A stretch of DNA of 32,516 nt from a virus (lineage: Duplodnaviria > Caudoviricetes), in the IMG/VR virus record IMGVR_UViG_3300005077_000562, positions 1 through 32,516 of that record. One strand, written 5' to 3'. Shown here piece by piece: positions 18,722 through 27,620 of the stretch (its first letter is position 1; the number at the start of each line of letters is the position of its first letter). A program made the translations under genes and the position numbers. Below the pieces are notes generated by a model, which did no database searches, was not told where the DNA came from, and was given only the letters and a program-made list of their open reading frames with translations.

Positions 18722-19009
18722 TTACCTCCTTTTAAATAAATCTCTATTTTTTAATCCAATTTTATCTGCAAGTTCCAATGCTTCTGGTTCATCTACTAAT
18801 TCAGAAGATATAAGATCACTATAATATGATGGATTTTCAGATAAATGATCCATAGCAATTTTCTTTGCTATTTTTATATCATTTGTATGTTCTTTTTCAA
18901 CTTTTATACCAACTTCAAGTTGTTTCGGGTCTACATCAACATCAGTATTTAATTCCATAATAACTTTATATATTTCTTCCCTTATTATTTTATAAATTTT
19001 ACGATTCAT
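18722..19009 (-). CDS. DUF5661-like protein with leader IYKIIREE
   Basis: GIKVEKEHT...IAKKIAMDHLSENPSYY. Confidence 0.7.
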   Translation of the reverse strand: MNRKIYKIIREEIYKVIMELNTDVDVDPKQLEVGIKVEKEHTNDIKIAKKIAMDHLSENPSYYSDLISSELVDEPEALELADKIGLKNRDLFKRR

Positions 19010-19041
19010 ATTATTTCCCCAAAAATTATAATTATTTTAAT

Positions 19042-19362
19042 TTATTTTTTAAATGATTGAATAATCATATTTTTTCTTATATTAAAATTTTTAGTAGATG
19101 GTTCTGATATAACCCAAAATTTTCCATTTTGATCACGACATTTAATCCATGACCAACCAACTTGTGTTTGAATCCAATTATTAATTGTTTTTATTGCAGT
19201 AGATTCAGTTAATAAATTACTTTTAGAACCACCTCTCCATTCAAGTCTATACAATTTTTCTTCATTTGTAGTATTTAATTGTACATTTTCTTTGATTAAA
19301 TTTTGTTTATGTTGATTTTTATTTTTAAAATTTAAAAATTTTCTCCAACTTTTAGAATCCAT
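19042..19362 (-). CDS. Hypothetical protein (WRKFL...NLIKE leader)
   Basis: AGGAG RBS. Confidence 0.6.
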   Translation of the reverse strand: MDSKSWRKFLNFKNKNQHKQNLIKENVQLNTTNEEKLYRLEWRGGSKSNLLTESTAIKTINNWIQTQVGWSWIKCRDQNGKFWVISEPSTKNFNIRKNMIIQSFKK

Positions 19363-19385
19363 AATAATTCTCCTACAATTAACAG

Positions 19386-21053
19386 TTATTTTTTTGTTTC
19401 TATTGATTTTTTAACAATTGGCTCTAATACAATATTAACTTTATCTTGTATAATACTATTTTTTTTATCATATCCAAGTATCCAATCAATTACATCATAA
19501 CCAGATTGAGTTGCTACTTTTTCTATAAAGTTTTGATATTTTCTAAGTATATCTCCTTTTTTTAATCTTAATCCAGTATTTCCAAATGATACATTACCAA
19601 AAGAAATCTCTTTTTGATAATCAGTTTTATAATTATAATCCGAATATTGATCTTTATTTCCAGTAATATAGTCTAATATATCCCATGCAGGAAGTGTTTT
19701 TAATATTTTCATAATTTGTGTTTTATAATTATTTATATTTTTATAAAAAATATCTTGTCCATCATCAATATCATTTCCAGTAATACTATTTTCACTTAAT
19801 TGTATTCTTTTATTTAATTTACTATCAAATAAATTATATATATCAGTATTTAAATTTTTATATAAATTAATAAAATATTTGGTTTTAAATTGATCATCAT
19901 CTGTTTTAAAATTATTTCGTATTTCTGTTGAATTTATATCATTTTCTACTGGAATTATATAAATATAACAACATTCATTAGCTTTTTTTAATTCTAAATT
20001 ATCAACATATTCTTTATAATATCCACCATTAAAATCAAATCTATCTTTATCTTTAGAACTTATTGCTATAATTAATGAAAATGTATCCAAATTTCCAAAA
20101 TATTGATATTCATTTTTTCTATACGGAAATTTCATATGTATTATATTTTCATCTGAAACATTAAATAATGTATTTATTATATTTTTTTTATCTTTAAAAT
20201 TAAATGGACATTCTGGATATTTTACTTTATTTGAAGTAACAATATATACATTTTTTTTAAATTTATTTATTAAATGATTATATATATAATAATGTCCAGA
20301 ATGAAATGGTTGAAATCTTCCAGCAAAAGATACAATTATATTAGAATCAGATAAATTTTCTATATTTTTTGAGAAAATATATAATGCTTGCCATTTTAAT
20401 AAATTTACTTTAATTATTGGAATTTTATATGAATCTCCATATAATTCTTTAATTGCTAACCATCTATGATGACCATCCAATATAAATCCATCTTTTGATA
20501 CAAATATATAACTAAAATTTATTTTATTATTTTTTATATCTGATTTCATATTTTCAACTTTTTTTGGTATATATTTATCTTGTATTGCTTTTAATTTTGA
20601 ACATGTTGTAACTCCTTTTTCATATCCAATTCCATATTCATCAAATAACTGTAATATATCATCAACCTGATCTTTTTTTATTTGAGGCATATCTTTTTGA
20701 TAAATACTTTCATTTAAAAATTTAACAATAACATAATGATCTGGAAGTGTTTCATAACCTTTAGCAATTATACCATCATATCCTTTATTTTTAATATATT
20801 CAGTTAATTTTTTAGATGATATACTTCGTTCAAAAGAATTTCCTGTTAAAGTTTTAAATTTATTTATTAATTTAACTGCTTGTTCTTTATTCATAATTAA
20901 TGGATTTTTTAAATCCAATACTCCCTTTTTTATTGTTCCATATTGTTTAGCATAATGAATATCAGTTGTCCAATATTCACCAATACCCAAATCTCCAGAA
21001 TCAGATGGATTTTTTGAAATTCCACGATATATTTTTAAATTTTTATTTAACAT
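19386..21053 (-). CDS. Multi-domain protein: ART-like, ParB/Srx-like, HIGH nucleotidyltransferase (NMNAT/NadM-like), unknown C-terminal domain
   Basis: IYRG...LGIGEYWTTD..YAKQY...LKNPL...GYDGII; IFVSKDGFILDGHHRWLA; GRFQPFHSGH and INSTEIR. Confidence 0.7.
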   Translation of the reverse strand: MLNKNLKIYRGISKNPSDSGDLGIGEYWTTDIHYAKQYGTIKKGVLDLKNPLIMNKEQAVKLINKFKTLTGNSFERSISSKKLTEYIKNKGYDGIIAKGYETLPDHYVIVKFLNESIYQKDMPQIKKDQVDDILQLFDEYGIGYEKGVTTCSKLKAIQDKYIPKKVENMKSDIKNNKINFSYIFVSKDGFILDGHHRWLAIKELYGDSYKIPIIKVNLLKWQALYIFSKNIENLSDSNIIVSFAGRFQPFHSGHYYIYNHLINKFKKNVYIVTSNKVKYPECPFNFKDKKNIINTLFNVSDENIIHMKFPYRKNEYQYFGNLDTFSLIIAISSKDKDRFDFNGGYYKEYVDNLELKKANECCYIYIIPVENDINSTEIRNNFKTDDDQFKTKYFINLYKNLNTDIYNLFDSKLNKRIQLSENSITGNDIDDGQDIFYKNINNYKTQIMKILKTLPAWDILDYITGNKDQYSDYNYKTDYQKEISFGNVSFGNTGLRLKKGDILRKYQNFIEKVATQSGYDVIDWILGYDKKNSIIQDKVNIVLEPIVKKSIETKK

Positions 21054-21236
21054 TTATTTAAAATTCTTTTTTAACATAAATACAACAATATTTGAATTTT
21101 GTGTTGTACAAGTTTCAACTTTATATCCATCATTTATATAATTTAATAAATCTTGCGTTACTACTCGTACATCACTACCAGTTATAGCAACCATTAATGT
21201 ATTACTCAATGATCCAGATACTCCTATTATACTCAT
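21054..21236 (-). CDS. Small hypothetical protein (VSGS/ITGS motifs)
   Basis: Coupled to both neighbours; GGAG RBS. Confidence 0.55.
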   Translation of the reverse strand: MSIIGVSGSLSNTLMVAITGSDVRVVTQDLLNYINDGYKVETCTTQNSNIVVFMLKKNFK

Positions 21237-22084
21237 TTATACTTCTCCATTTTTCGTTTTATAAAAAATTTATCATCTGAAATTAATTTCCATTCTCCAT
21301 CCGTTGGTGACATAGATTTTCTTTTCCAATGAAAATGAATTAATCTATCAACCAATCCATTTTTATTATTTCCATTATCCATATAAACATTAAATGCTTT
21401 TTCTATTTTTTTAATATAACTTCGTACAGCAATTTCTCCAATTCCTCTACCTTGTGTCTCTCTTCTCCATTTATCTCTTTCAATAGCTAAATCTATATCT
21501 ATATCTAAATATATAATAGTATTAGTATATTCATTATTTCTTGATTTTTGAAAAAAATCAAATATATGATTATAATTAGCTCCAGTAGAATCTATAATTA
21601 TAATATTTCCAGCATGTATTATTTTTTCTGAAAATAAATCATATGAAATTTGTTTTGCATAATCTCTAAAATCAAAAAATGTCGAATAATAAGATTTATA
21701 AAAAGTAATATAATAATTTTTTATACCAATATCTTTATTTAATATCCACCATTCATATGTTAATGGTATTTTTACATTTTTTCCATCATTATTAATATAT
21801 GCAGAATCTTTAATAAAAGAATTAATATCAGATTCATCTTTAACATTCGATAATAACCAATTATAATGTTTTATTGCAAGCTTATATTGTGATGCCATTA
21901 CTTGATTATCCGAATTTGATATTTTAAATGATTTGGCATTTGGAATATATTTTTTTATATCATTCTTAATAAAAGTGCTTTTTCCAGATGCAGGAAGCCC
22001 CATTAACAATATACATTGTTTTTTTAAATCTTCTTTAAATTCTAATATAACTTCATTTATTACAGTTTTTATATTAAGATTCAT
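21233..22084 (-). CDS. P-loop kinase (AAA_33/zeta-toxin/PNK-like)
   Basis: Walker A GLPASGKST, IIIDSTG, lid RDKWR. Confidence 0.75.
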   Translation of the reverse strand: MNLNIKTVINEVILEFKEDLKKQCILLMGLPASGKSTFIKNDIKKYIPNAKSFKISNSDNQVMASQYKLAIKHYNWLLSNVKDESDINSFIKDSAYINNDGKNVKIPLTYEWWILNKDIGIKNYYITFYKSYYSTFFDFRDYAKQISYDLFSEKIIHAGNIIIIDSTGANYNHIFDFFQKSRNNEYTNTIIYLDIDIDLAIERDKWRRETQGRGIGEIAVRSYIKKIEKAFNVYMDNGNNKNGLVDRLIHFHWKRKSMSPTDGEWKLISDDKFFIKRKMEKYK

Positions 22085-22634
22085 TTATATTCTCCATAGA
22101 TTCAAATCTTTTAATATTTTGTTTTGTATTTTTTATTTTATATCGATATATCCATCTTGCATCAGAATATTCAGTTTCATATTCAATTCCAAATTTATTA
22201 AGTTCCTTATCTAATATTTCATTTATTTTAGTAATATTACTAAATAGCGTATATACTCCAATACCATATGAAGAAGGATATACATGAACTCCAGATTTGA
22301 ATCCTAAATTAATTAAAAATTTTTCTAAATATTTACCCATTCTTTTATAAAAATTATTTGATTTATGTTTAGAAATTATTTTATTTATTATATAATCAAA
22401 TGTTATTTTCTTTTTTTGTGGTAATAATATTTCATAAGAAAATTTCCAATTTTCAACTTCACTATCATACTTTTCTCTTGCTAATACCATTACAGAAGCA
22501 TTTTCTATATCAGTTGTATCATATAAATCATTAGAATTTTTATATAAATGAACTATCCATCCATCTTCTTTTAATTTATCAATTAATCCACTTTCAAATT
22601 TTGATTCAAATAATATTTTTTGTAACTTAACCAT
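22074..22634 (-). CDS. Putative internal head protein (MVKLQKILFE)
   Basis: Leader motif; AGGA RBS. Confidence 0.6.
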   Translation of the reverse strand: MVKLQKILFESKFESGLIDKLKEDGWIVHLYKNSNDLYDTTDIENASVMVLAREKYDSEVENWKFSYEILLPQKKKITFDYIINKIISKHKSNNFYKRMGKYLEKFLINLGFKSGVHVYPSSYGIGVYTLFSNITKINEILDKELNKFGIEYETEYSDARWIYRYKIKNTKQNIKRFESMENINES

Positions 22635-23217
22635 ATATAAATTCCTTTACTAATGTATATTTAATATTAAATACACTTAATAATATTTGCATTTCTTTTA
22701 AACATTCAAGTCTCGATCCACCACATAAATAACTACCAGACCAAGTTTTTAATTTATTAATTTTAATATCTGGTAAATAAATTGATGAATATTCAATATC
22801 AATTTTATGCATTATGTCTGGAAAATATTCCATCCATTTTTCTTCTGGTATTTCATCAGAAGAATTAGCTTTATTTAATAACATAAATCTAATAACTTGT
22901 TTCATAGTACCATCATCAATTCCCATATCCATCCAATCTCTAAAAAATGCATATCCTTTATCAATCCATATTATTTCATTAAATTTATCTTCATTTAATC
23001 CATATTCATATAAAAAATCAGATATACTATATTTTGTATCTGTTCCAACAGTTTCAGTACCATTATAAAAATATAATATTTTATTTTGATTATTTAAAAA
23101 ATTACAAAAATTATACAAACTAAAATCAATAAATTTTTCATAATCTGGCTGAACATCAACAACAATCACATTATTTTTTCTTTTTTCTGTTAATAATATT
23201 TCTTTTAACTTAATCAT
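22627..23217 (-). CDS. Isochorismatase/nicotinamidase-like cysteine hydrolase with leader MIKLKEILLTE
   Basis: Asp-Lys-Cys triad pattern: VIVVDVQ, IDKGYAFF, LCGGSRLECL. Confidence 0.6.
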   Translation of the reverse strand: MIKLKEILLTEKRKNNVIVVDVQPDYEKFIDFSLYNFCNFLNNQNKILYFYNGTETVGTDTKYSISDFLYEYGLNEDKFNEIIWIDKGYAFFRDWMDMGIDDGTMKQVIRFMLLNKANSSDEIPEEKWMEYFPDIMHKIDIEYSSIYLPDIKINKLKTWSGSYLCGGSRLECLKEMQILLSVFNIKYTLVKEFIYG

Positions 23218-24650
23218 ATCGTTTTTTCATATTCTTTTTTAATTATATTTAATGCTTCTTCTTTACTTAATTTAGGATTTTCAAAATAAGCATCCTTTAC
23301 TTGATTTAAAAGATGTTTAATTATATATCCTGGTTTTATATTTAAATATGTCATAATATCATTTCCATTTATAGGTAAAATTGGTTTTGAAGATTCATCT
23401 TTCATTTGATTTAATTTATCTCTTAATTTTGGTATCTGATTAGGCATACTAAATTCATCTGAATGTGATATATTATCAGCATGAATTAATTGCAATGTAG
23501 TTTCTAAATGATCTCCCAAATCATTTTTTAATTTTCTTATTGTTTTATCTGATACAATTTCAGATTCATTTCCAAATTGTTTTGTTCTCATATGATTTTT
23601 TATAGCAATTATTACTTTATTTATTATTTCATTCGGATATTTTAATCGAATCATTATACGTTTAGCTATATCTGATGATATCTTTTCATGAGTATAAAAA
23701 GTAATTTCATTATTTATAATTTGTTGTGTTTCATATTTACCTATATCATGAAATAATGCCGCAAGTCTAATTTCTAATTCAGGAGGTACTTTTTTCAAAA
23801 CATCTAATGTATGTACCATTGCATCATATTTATGGTATTTATTCTGTTGTAATTTTATTAAATTATCCAACTCAACAGCTACAAATTTATTTAATCCTGT
23901 TAATTGTAATAATCTAATAGCTATATCAGGATTTTTAGAAATTAACATTTTATTTAATTCATCTCTCACTCTTTCTGCGCTTATAGTTTTAAGCATATGA
24001 GCATTTCTTTTTAATGCCCTTATCATAAATAATGGTAATTTCCATCCATATTTTACAGTAAATCTTATTGCTCGTAACATTCTTAATGGATCATCAGTAA
24101 AAATAATATCTGGATTAAGTGGAGTTCTAACTATACCATCTTTTATATCTTTTTTACCCATTCCAGTTAAATCGAGTATTTCACCAGTAGTTAAATCTTT
24201 CAATAATGAATTTACTGTAAAATCTCGACGAGTTACATCATCATATAACGTTCCTGCACTAACTTCAGGTTTTCTATTACCATATTGATATTTTTCTTTT
24301 CTTGTCATTACAACTTCAATTTTAATATCAGATAAATTATATCCTTTATATTGTATTCCTTTTAATACAAATGATGCAGTACCATAAGTTGGATATATTA
24401 CAGGATTTGATCCATTTTTATATATGTTTAATTTTTTTGTTATCCAATCCGCAAATTTAATACCACCATTATCCATTTCAACAACAATATCTATATCTTT
24501 TGGATCAAGTCCAAGTAATTCATCTCTAACATATCCTCCAGCAATATATGCTTTACCTTTAAATGGAGAATTTTTTACTAAATTAGATATAAATTCTACT
24601 GCAATTTGTTCTAATATTCCTTCTTTTATTAATTGTTTAAGTTTTATCAT
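23214..24650 (-). CDS. cca: Class II tRNA nucleotidyltransferase (CCA-adding/poly(A) polymerase family) with HD domain; leader MIKLKQLIKE
   Basis: AGGYVRD.LLG..PKDIDI, DVTRRDFTVNS, DDPLRMLRAIRF, ISAERVRDEL, HT...LAALFHDIGK. Confidence 0.9.
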   Translation of the reverse strand: MIKLKQLIKEGILEQIAVEFISNLVKNSPFKGKAYIAGGYVRDELLGLDPKDIDIVVEMDNGGIKFADWITKKLNIYKNGSNPVIYPTYGTASFVLKGIQYKGYNLSDIKIEVVMTRKEKYQYGNRKPEVSAGTLYDDVTRRDFTVNSLLKDLTTGEILDLTGMGKKDIKDGIVRTPLNPDIIFTDDPLRMLRAIRFTVKYGWKLPLFMIRALKRNAHMLKTISAERVRDELNKMLISKNPDIAIRLLQLTGLNKFVAVELDNLIKLQQNKYHKYDAMVHTLDVLKKVPPELEIRLAALFHDIGKYETQQIINNEITFYTHEKISSDIAKRIMIRLKYPNEIINKVIIAIKNHMRTKQFGNESEIVSDKTIRKLKNDLGDHLETTLQLIHADNISHSDEFSMPNQIPKLRDKLNQMKDESSKPILPINGNDIMTYLNIKPGYIIKHLLNQVKDAYFENPKLSKEEALNIIKKEYEKTI

Positions 24651-26243
24651 TTATATTGTATCAATTCCTTCTACTTTTTCTGGATATTTCAATTTAAATA
24701 CTTTTTTTGCCACATATATAATAATATCTTTAATAGTTTTTAATTTTAATTTTTTCATATCATAAAGAAAATTATATATATCATCTCTATATAATTTATC
24801 TGTTTTATAATTATGAATTTCATTTTCAATGCCAATCATTATATCTCTTAATCTATATTCACTATAAGAATAACTTATTAAATTAATTAATTCTTTTGAA
24901 TATTCTTTAGCATCATTTGACAATTCATTATAATTTTTACAATTTAAAATTTCATGTATTAATAAAATTTTTAAATTAAATTTAATAGGCAAATAATCAG
25001 ATGTTTGTTCTTTATTATCATATTTTATACTAACATCATTAAATTTTAAATATGCTTTATTTTTATTTAATACTTTAAATGCAGATTCATCATTATAATA
25101 ATATATATGTTCAAACGATGTATCAATAAAATTTAATATATTTTTATATCGTAAACGAAATTCATTATTAATTGGAATATAAATATGAATTTCTAATATA
25201 TATTTTTTAAAATTATCTATATATGGTTTATCAGAAATTATTCTATCTTCATTTTCATTATTTTTTAACATACGATCTATTTCATATGATTTAAATCCTG
25301 ACCAATAATTAACCGAAATAGCTTTAAAATTATTATTTAATTTTTTTCCATCTAATACCAATATTACCATTGAACCATTTTTATGAAAATTTGATCGGGT
25401 AAATCCTCCAAATTTTATTCTACTTGTAGATAAATAATAAAATTTTTTTCTATTCATATCAAAATCACTCAATGTACCAATTGCAATACTCATTTTAAAT
25501 TTATTATCTTTTAATATATCATGTAAATGATCTATACTTGTAGTATGATATACAATAGAATTTAATGATTCTAATAATAATGGTTTTAATTTTATTAATC
25601 CATCACCTAAACCCTTTCTCATTCTAAATCTTGTTATGACAGGAGGTTCTCCTTTTATAGCTCCAGAAACTCTCTTTCTTGAACCTACCCCATATGGTAC
25701 TTCTTTTTTTTGTTTTAATAGTGGAGATATTATATGAGGAACATTAAATTTCAATTGTTTTTCACTTTTTATATATTTATTAATAGGAATAATTTCAATT
25801 TTATATTCTGAATCAGATGTTATTTCTTCATCCCAATAAATATTATCAGGATTAATAATGTTATCATTCTTAACCACAACTTCAATATTAAATTTATTCC
25901 AAATATCTATTTTTAATTCATTTTCAAGATCATTAACAATTTTTTTTAATTTAATTTTTGTTGGATAAACCCAAAAAGATATTAATTTTTTATTAATCCA
26001 CAATCTTCCAGGATATTGAAATTCTTTTCTTCCCAAATTATGATATATATTTTTTTTGGAATCTTTTGTTATATACATTTGATACAAATCAAAATGATTT
26101 TTTGGTGATGATAATATATATAATTTATCAGATATATAACCAAATACATATGTATCGTTATCCATAAAATCAGCTATAATAATTCCATTATTATTAAAAA
26201 CTTTATCTGGATTTTCTTTTAATATATTTTTAAATAAAATCAT
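24651..26243 (-). CDS. Two-domain protein: N-domain paralogous to 29901-30599, C-domain ADP-ribosyltransferase-like
   Basis: Leader MILFKNILKE; internal LIKLKPLLLE; then VYHTT, YLSTSR, ENEDR (H-S-ExE pattern). Confidence 0.6.
   Translation of the reverse strand: MILFKNILKENPDKVFNNNGIIIADFMDNDTYVFGYISDKLYILSSPKNHFDLYQMYITKDSKKNIYHNLGRKEFQYPGRLWINKKLISFWVYPTKIKLKKIVNDLENELKIDIWNKFNIEVVVKNDNIINPDNIYWDEEITSDSEYKIEIIPINKYIKSEKQLKFNVPHIISPLLKQKKEVPYGVGSRKRVSGAIKGEPPVITRFRMRKGLGDGLIKLKPLLLESLNSIVYHTTSIDHLHDILKDNKFKMSIAIGTLSDFDMNRKKFYYLSTSRIKFGGFTRSNFHKNGSMVILVLDGKKLNNNFKAISVNYWSGFKSYEIDRMLKNNENEDRIISDKPYIDNFKKYILEIHIYIPINNEFRLRYKNILNFIDTSFEHIYYYNDESAFKVLNKNKAYLKFNDVSIKYDNKEQTSDYLPIKFNLKILLIHEILNCKNYNELSNDAKEYSKELINLISYSYSEYRLRDIMIGIENEIHNYKTDKLYRDDIYNFLYDMKKLKLKTIKDIIIYVAKKVFKLKYPEKVEGIDTI
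25602..25736. repeat. 135-bp direct repeat, copy 1
   Basis: 7 mismatches against 29982-30116 by manual alignment. Confidence 0.95.
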
Positions 26244-26255
26244 TTTATTACATTT

Positions 26256-26753
26256 CTATTTAATATTATTTTCTATTACTTTTCTAAAATCGTACATATC
26301 AAAATTCTCAGGATCAGTTTTTCTTCCAGGAGCAATTTCTTTATGACCAAGAACATTTGAAGGTCTAATTGAATACTTTTGACAAATATAAGTAGATAAT
26401 TCATATAATGATGTCATTTGATCTAATGTATAAAAATTACTATTATAATATTCCAATTCAATACCTATTGATCTATTATTAATAAATTGCTCAGTATCAT
26501 CAATTTTCCCATCCATATTATAATCAAAAAAAGATTTTCCACAATGATATGCTATTTTATTATCATCTACTAAATTATATATATTTCCTTTTCTATCGAT
26601 TAAATAATGAACACTAACATTAGACTCTGGATTACATAACCATTCTGCACATCCTGTCATTAATCCTCCAGTATGATGAATAATCAAAGTATCTATCATA
26701 ACAATTCGATTTTTAAAATTAGGACTTCTATAAGTAATATTGTCTATATTCAT
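26256..26753 (-). CDS. N-acetylmuramoyl-L-alanine amidase (Amidase_2/AmpD-like), probable endolysin
   Basis: IIHHT, VSVHYLI, AYHCG, NNRSIGIEL, GHKEIAPGRKTDP; GGAG RBS favours a start at 26753. Confidence 0.9.
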   Translation of the reverse strand: MNIDNITYRSPNFKNRIVMIDTLIIHHTGGLMTGCAEWLCNPESNVSVHYLIDRKGNIYNLVDDNKIAYHCGKSFFDYNMDGKIDDTEQFINNRSIGIELEYYNSNFYTLDQMTSLYELSTYICQKYSIRPSNVLGHKEIAPGRKTDPENFDMYDFRKVIENNIK

Positions 26754-26820
26754 ATATTTCTCCAAAATTATTTTATATTAATAAATATATAGTTTTTTTT
26801 ATTTTATTATATAAAATAAA

Positions 26821-26854
26821 AAAGGTTATGATATATTTCATATACCATAACCTT
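26821..26854 (-). terminator. Intrinsic terminator downstream of the Thg1-like gene
   Basis: Inverted repeat aaaggttatg...cataaccttt followed by a T-run on the minus strand. Confidence 0.7.
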
Positions 26855-26881
26855 TAAAAAATACAAGAATATATAAGTTAA

Positions 26882-27619
26882 TTATAAATCATTATTATTA
26901 TCAATTGTTATAAATAATGGAATTAAATTTCTTAAAACTGTACGATCTTTAGTAAAAATAGGAGGATCAGTAATTACCCATTTAAATCTTTTTGACTCAT
27001 CTTTCATATATGATTCTTTAATAATTAATCTTCCACGTTTATATTTAATTGGATAATCATTCCAATTTATTCCTTTATTAAAACATAATTCTTGCATTTG
27101 AGAAACATTTTTATTATTTAATTCTTTATGACTATATAATGATTGAGCAACTGCCGATATACTATTTCTTGTTGCGTCTTGTTGTCTCCATATAAAATAA
27201 TTTTCAACTTCAATACAATTTGGTATAATAAAAACCCTACTATCAAATAATGCAATTTTATTTGGTCGAAGTTGATTAAATTTTGCAGTTGCTAAACTTG
27301 AAGATATACTAACAATTTTTTGTATATTTCCATCAAACCATGCAGTAGTTTTTAGATTATCAAAATCACTTAATAATATTGAAATTTCATCACTTTGAAC
27401 AAATGCTAATTTAGCACCCTGAATATTTTCACATAAATAAATAGCAACATTATTCATATCATCAATTAGTTTATCATCAAATGGTTTATTCAATCCTTTT
27501 GTATATGAATGAAATGCTTTACCATCAATTCTAATTATTGTATATGTACGTTTTGGCAAATAATACCTTGTAATATTTTCATAATTATTTTTTATTCTAT
27601 TACCAATATCATCTTTCAT
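26882..27619 (-). CDS. tRNA(His) guanylyltransferase / Thg1-like 3'-5' polymerase
   Basis: IIRIDGKAFHSYT, QSDEISIL, FDSRVF, YFIWRQQDATRNSI; AGGAG RBS at the 27619 start. Confidence 0.92.
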   Translation of the reverse strand: MKDDIGNRIKNNYENITRYYLPKRTYTIIRIDGKAFHSYTKGLNKPFDDKLIDDMNNVAIYLCENIQGAKLAFVQSDEISILLSDFDNLKTTAWFDGNIQKIVSISSSLATAKFNQLRPNKIALFDSRVFIIPNCIEVENYFIWRQQDATRNSISAVAQSLYSHKELNNKNVSQMQELCFNKGINWNDYPIKYKRGRLIIKESYMKDESKRFKWVITDPPIFTKDRTVLRNLIPLFITIDNNNDL

Positions 27620-27620
27620 A

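Noticed and set aside
21233-22084. Zeta toxin of an epsilon-zeta toxin-antitoxin pair
   Set aside because: The fold is compatible, but no recognisable antitoxin is adjacent and the substrate cannot be read from sequence; kept as a generic P-loop kinase
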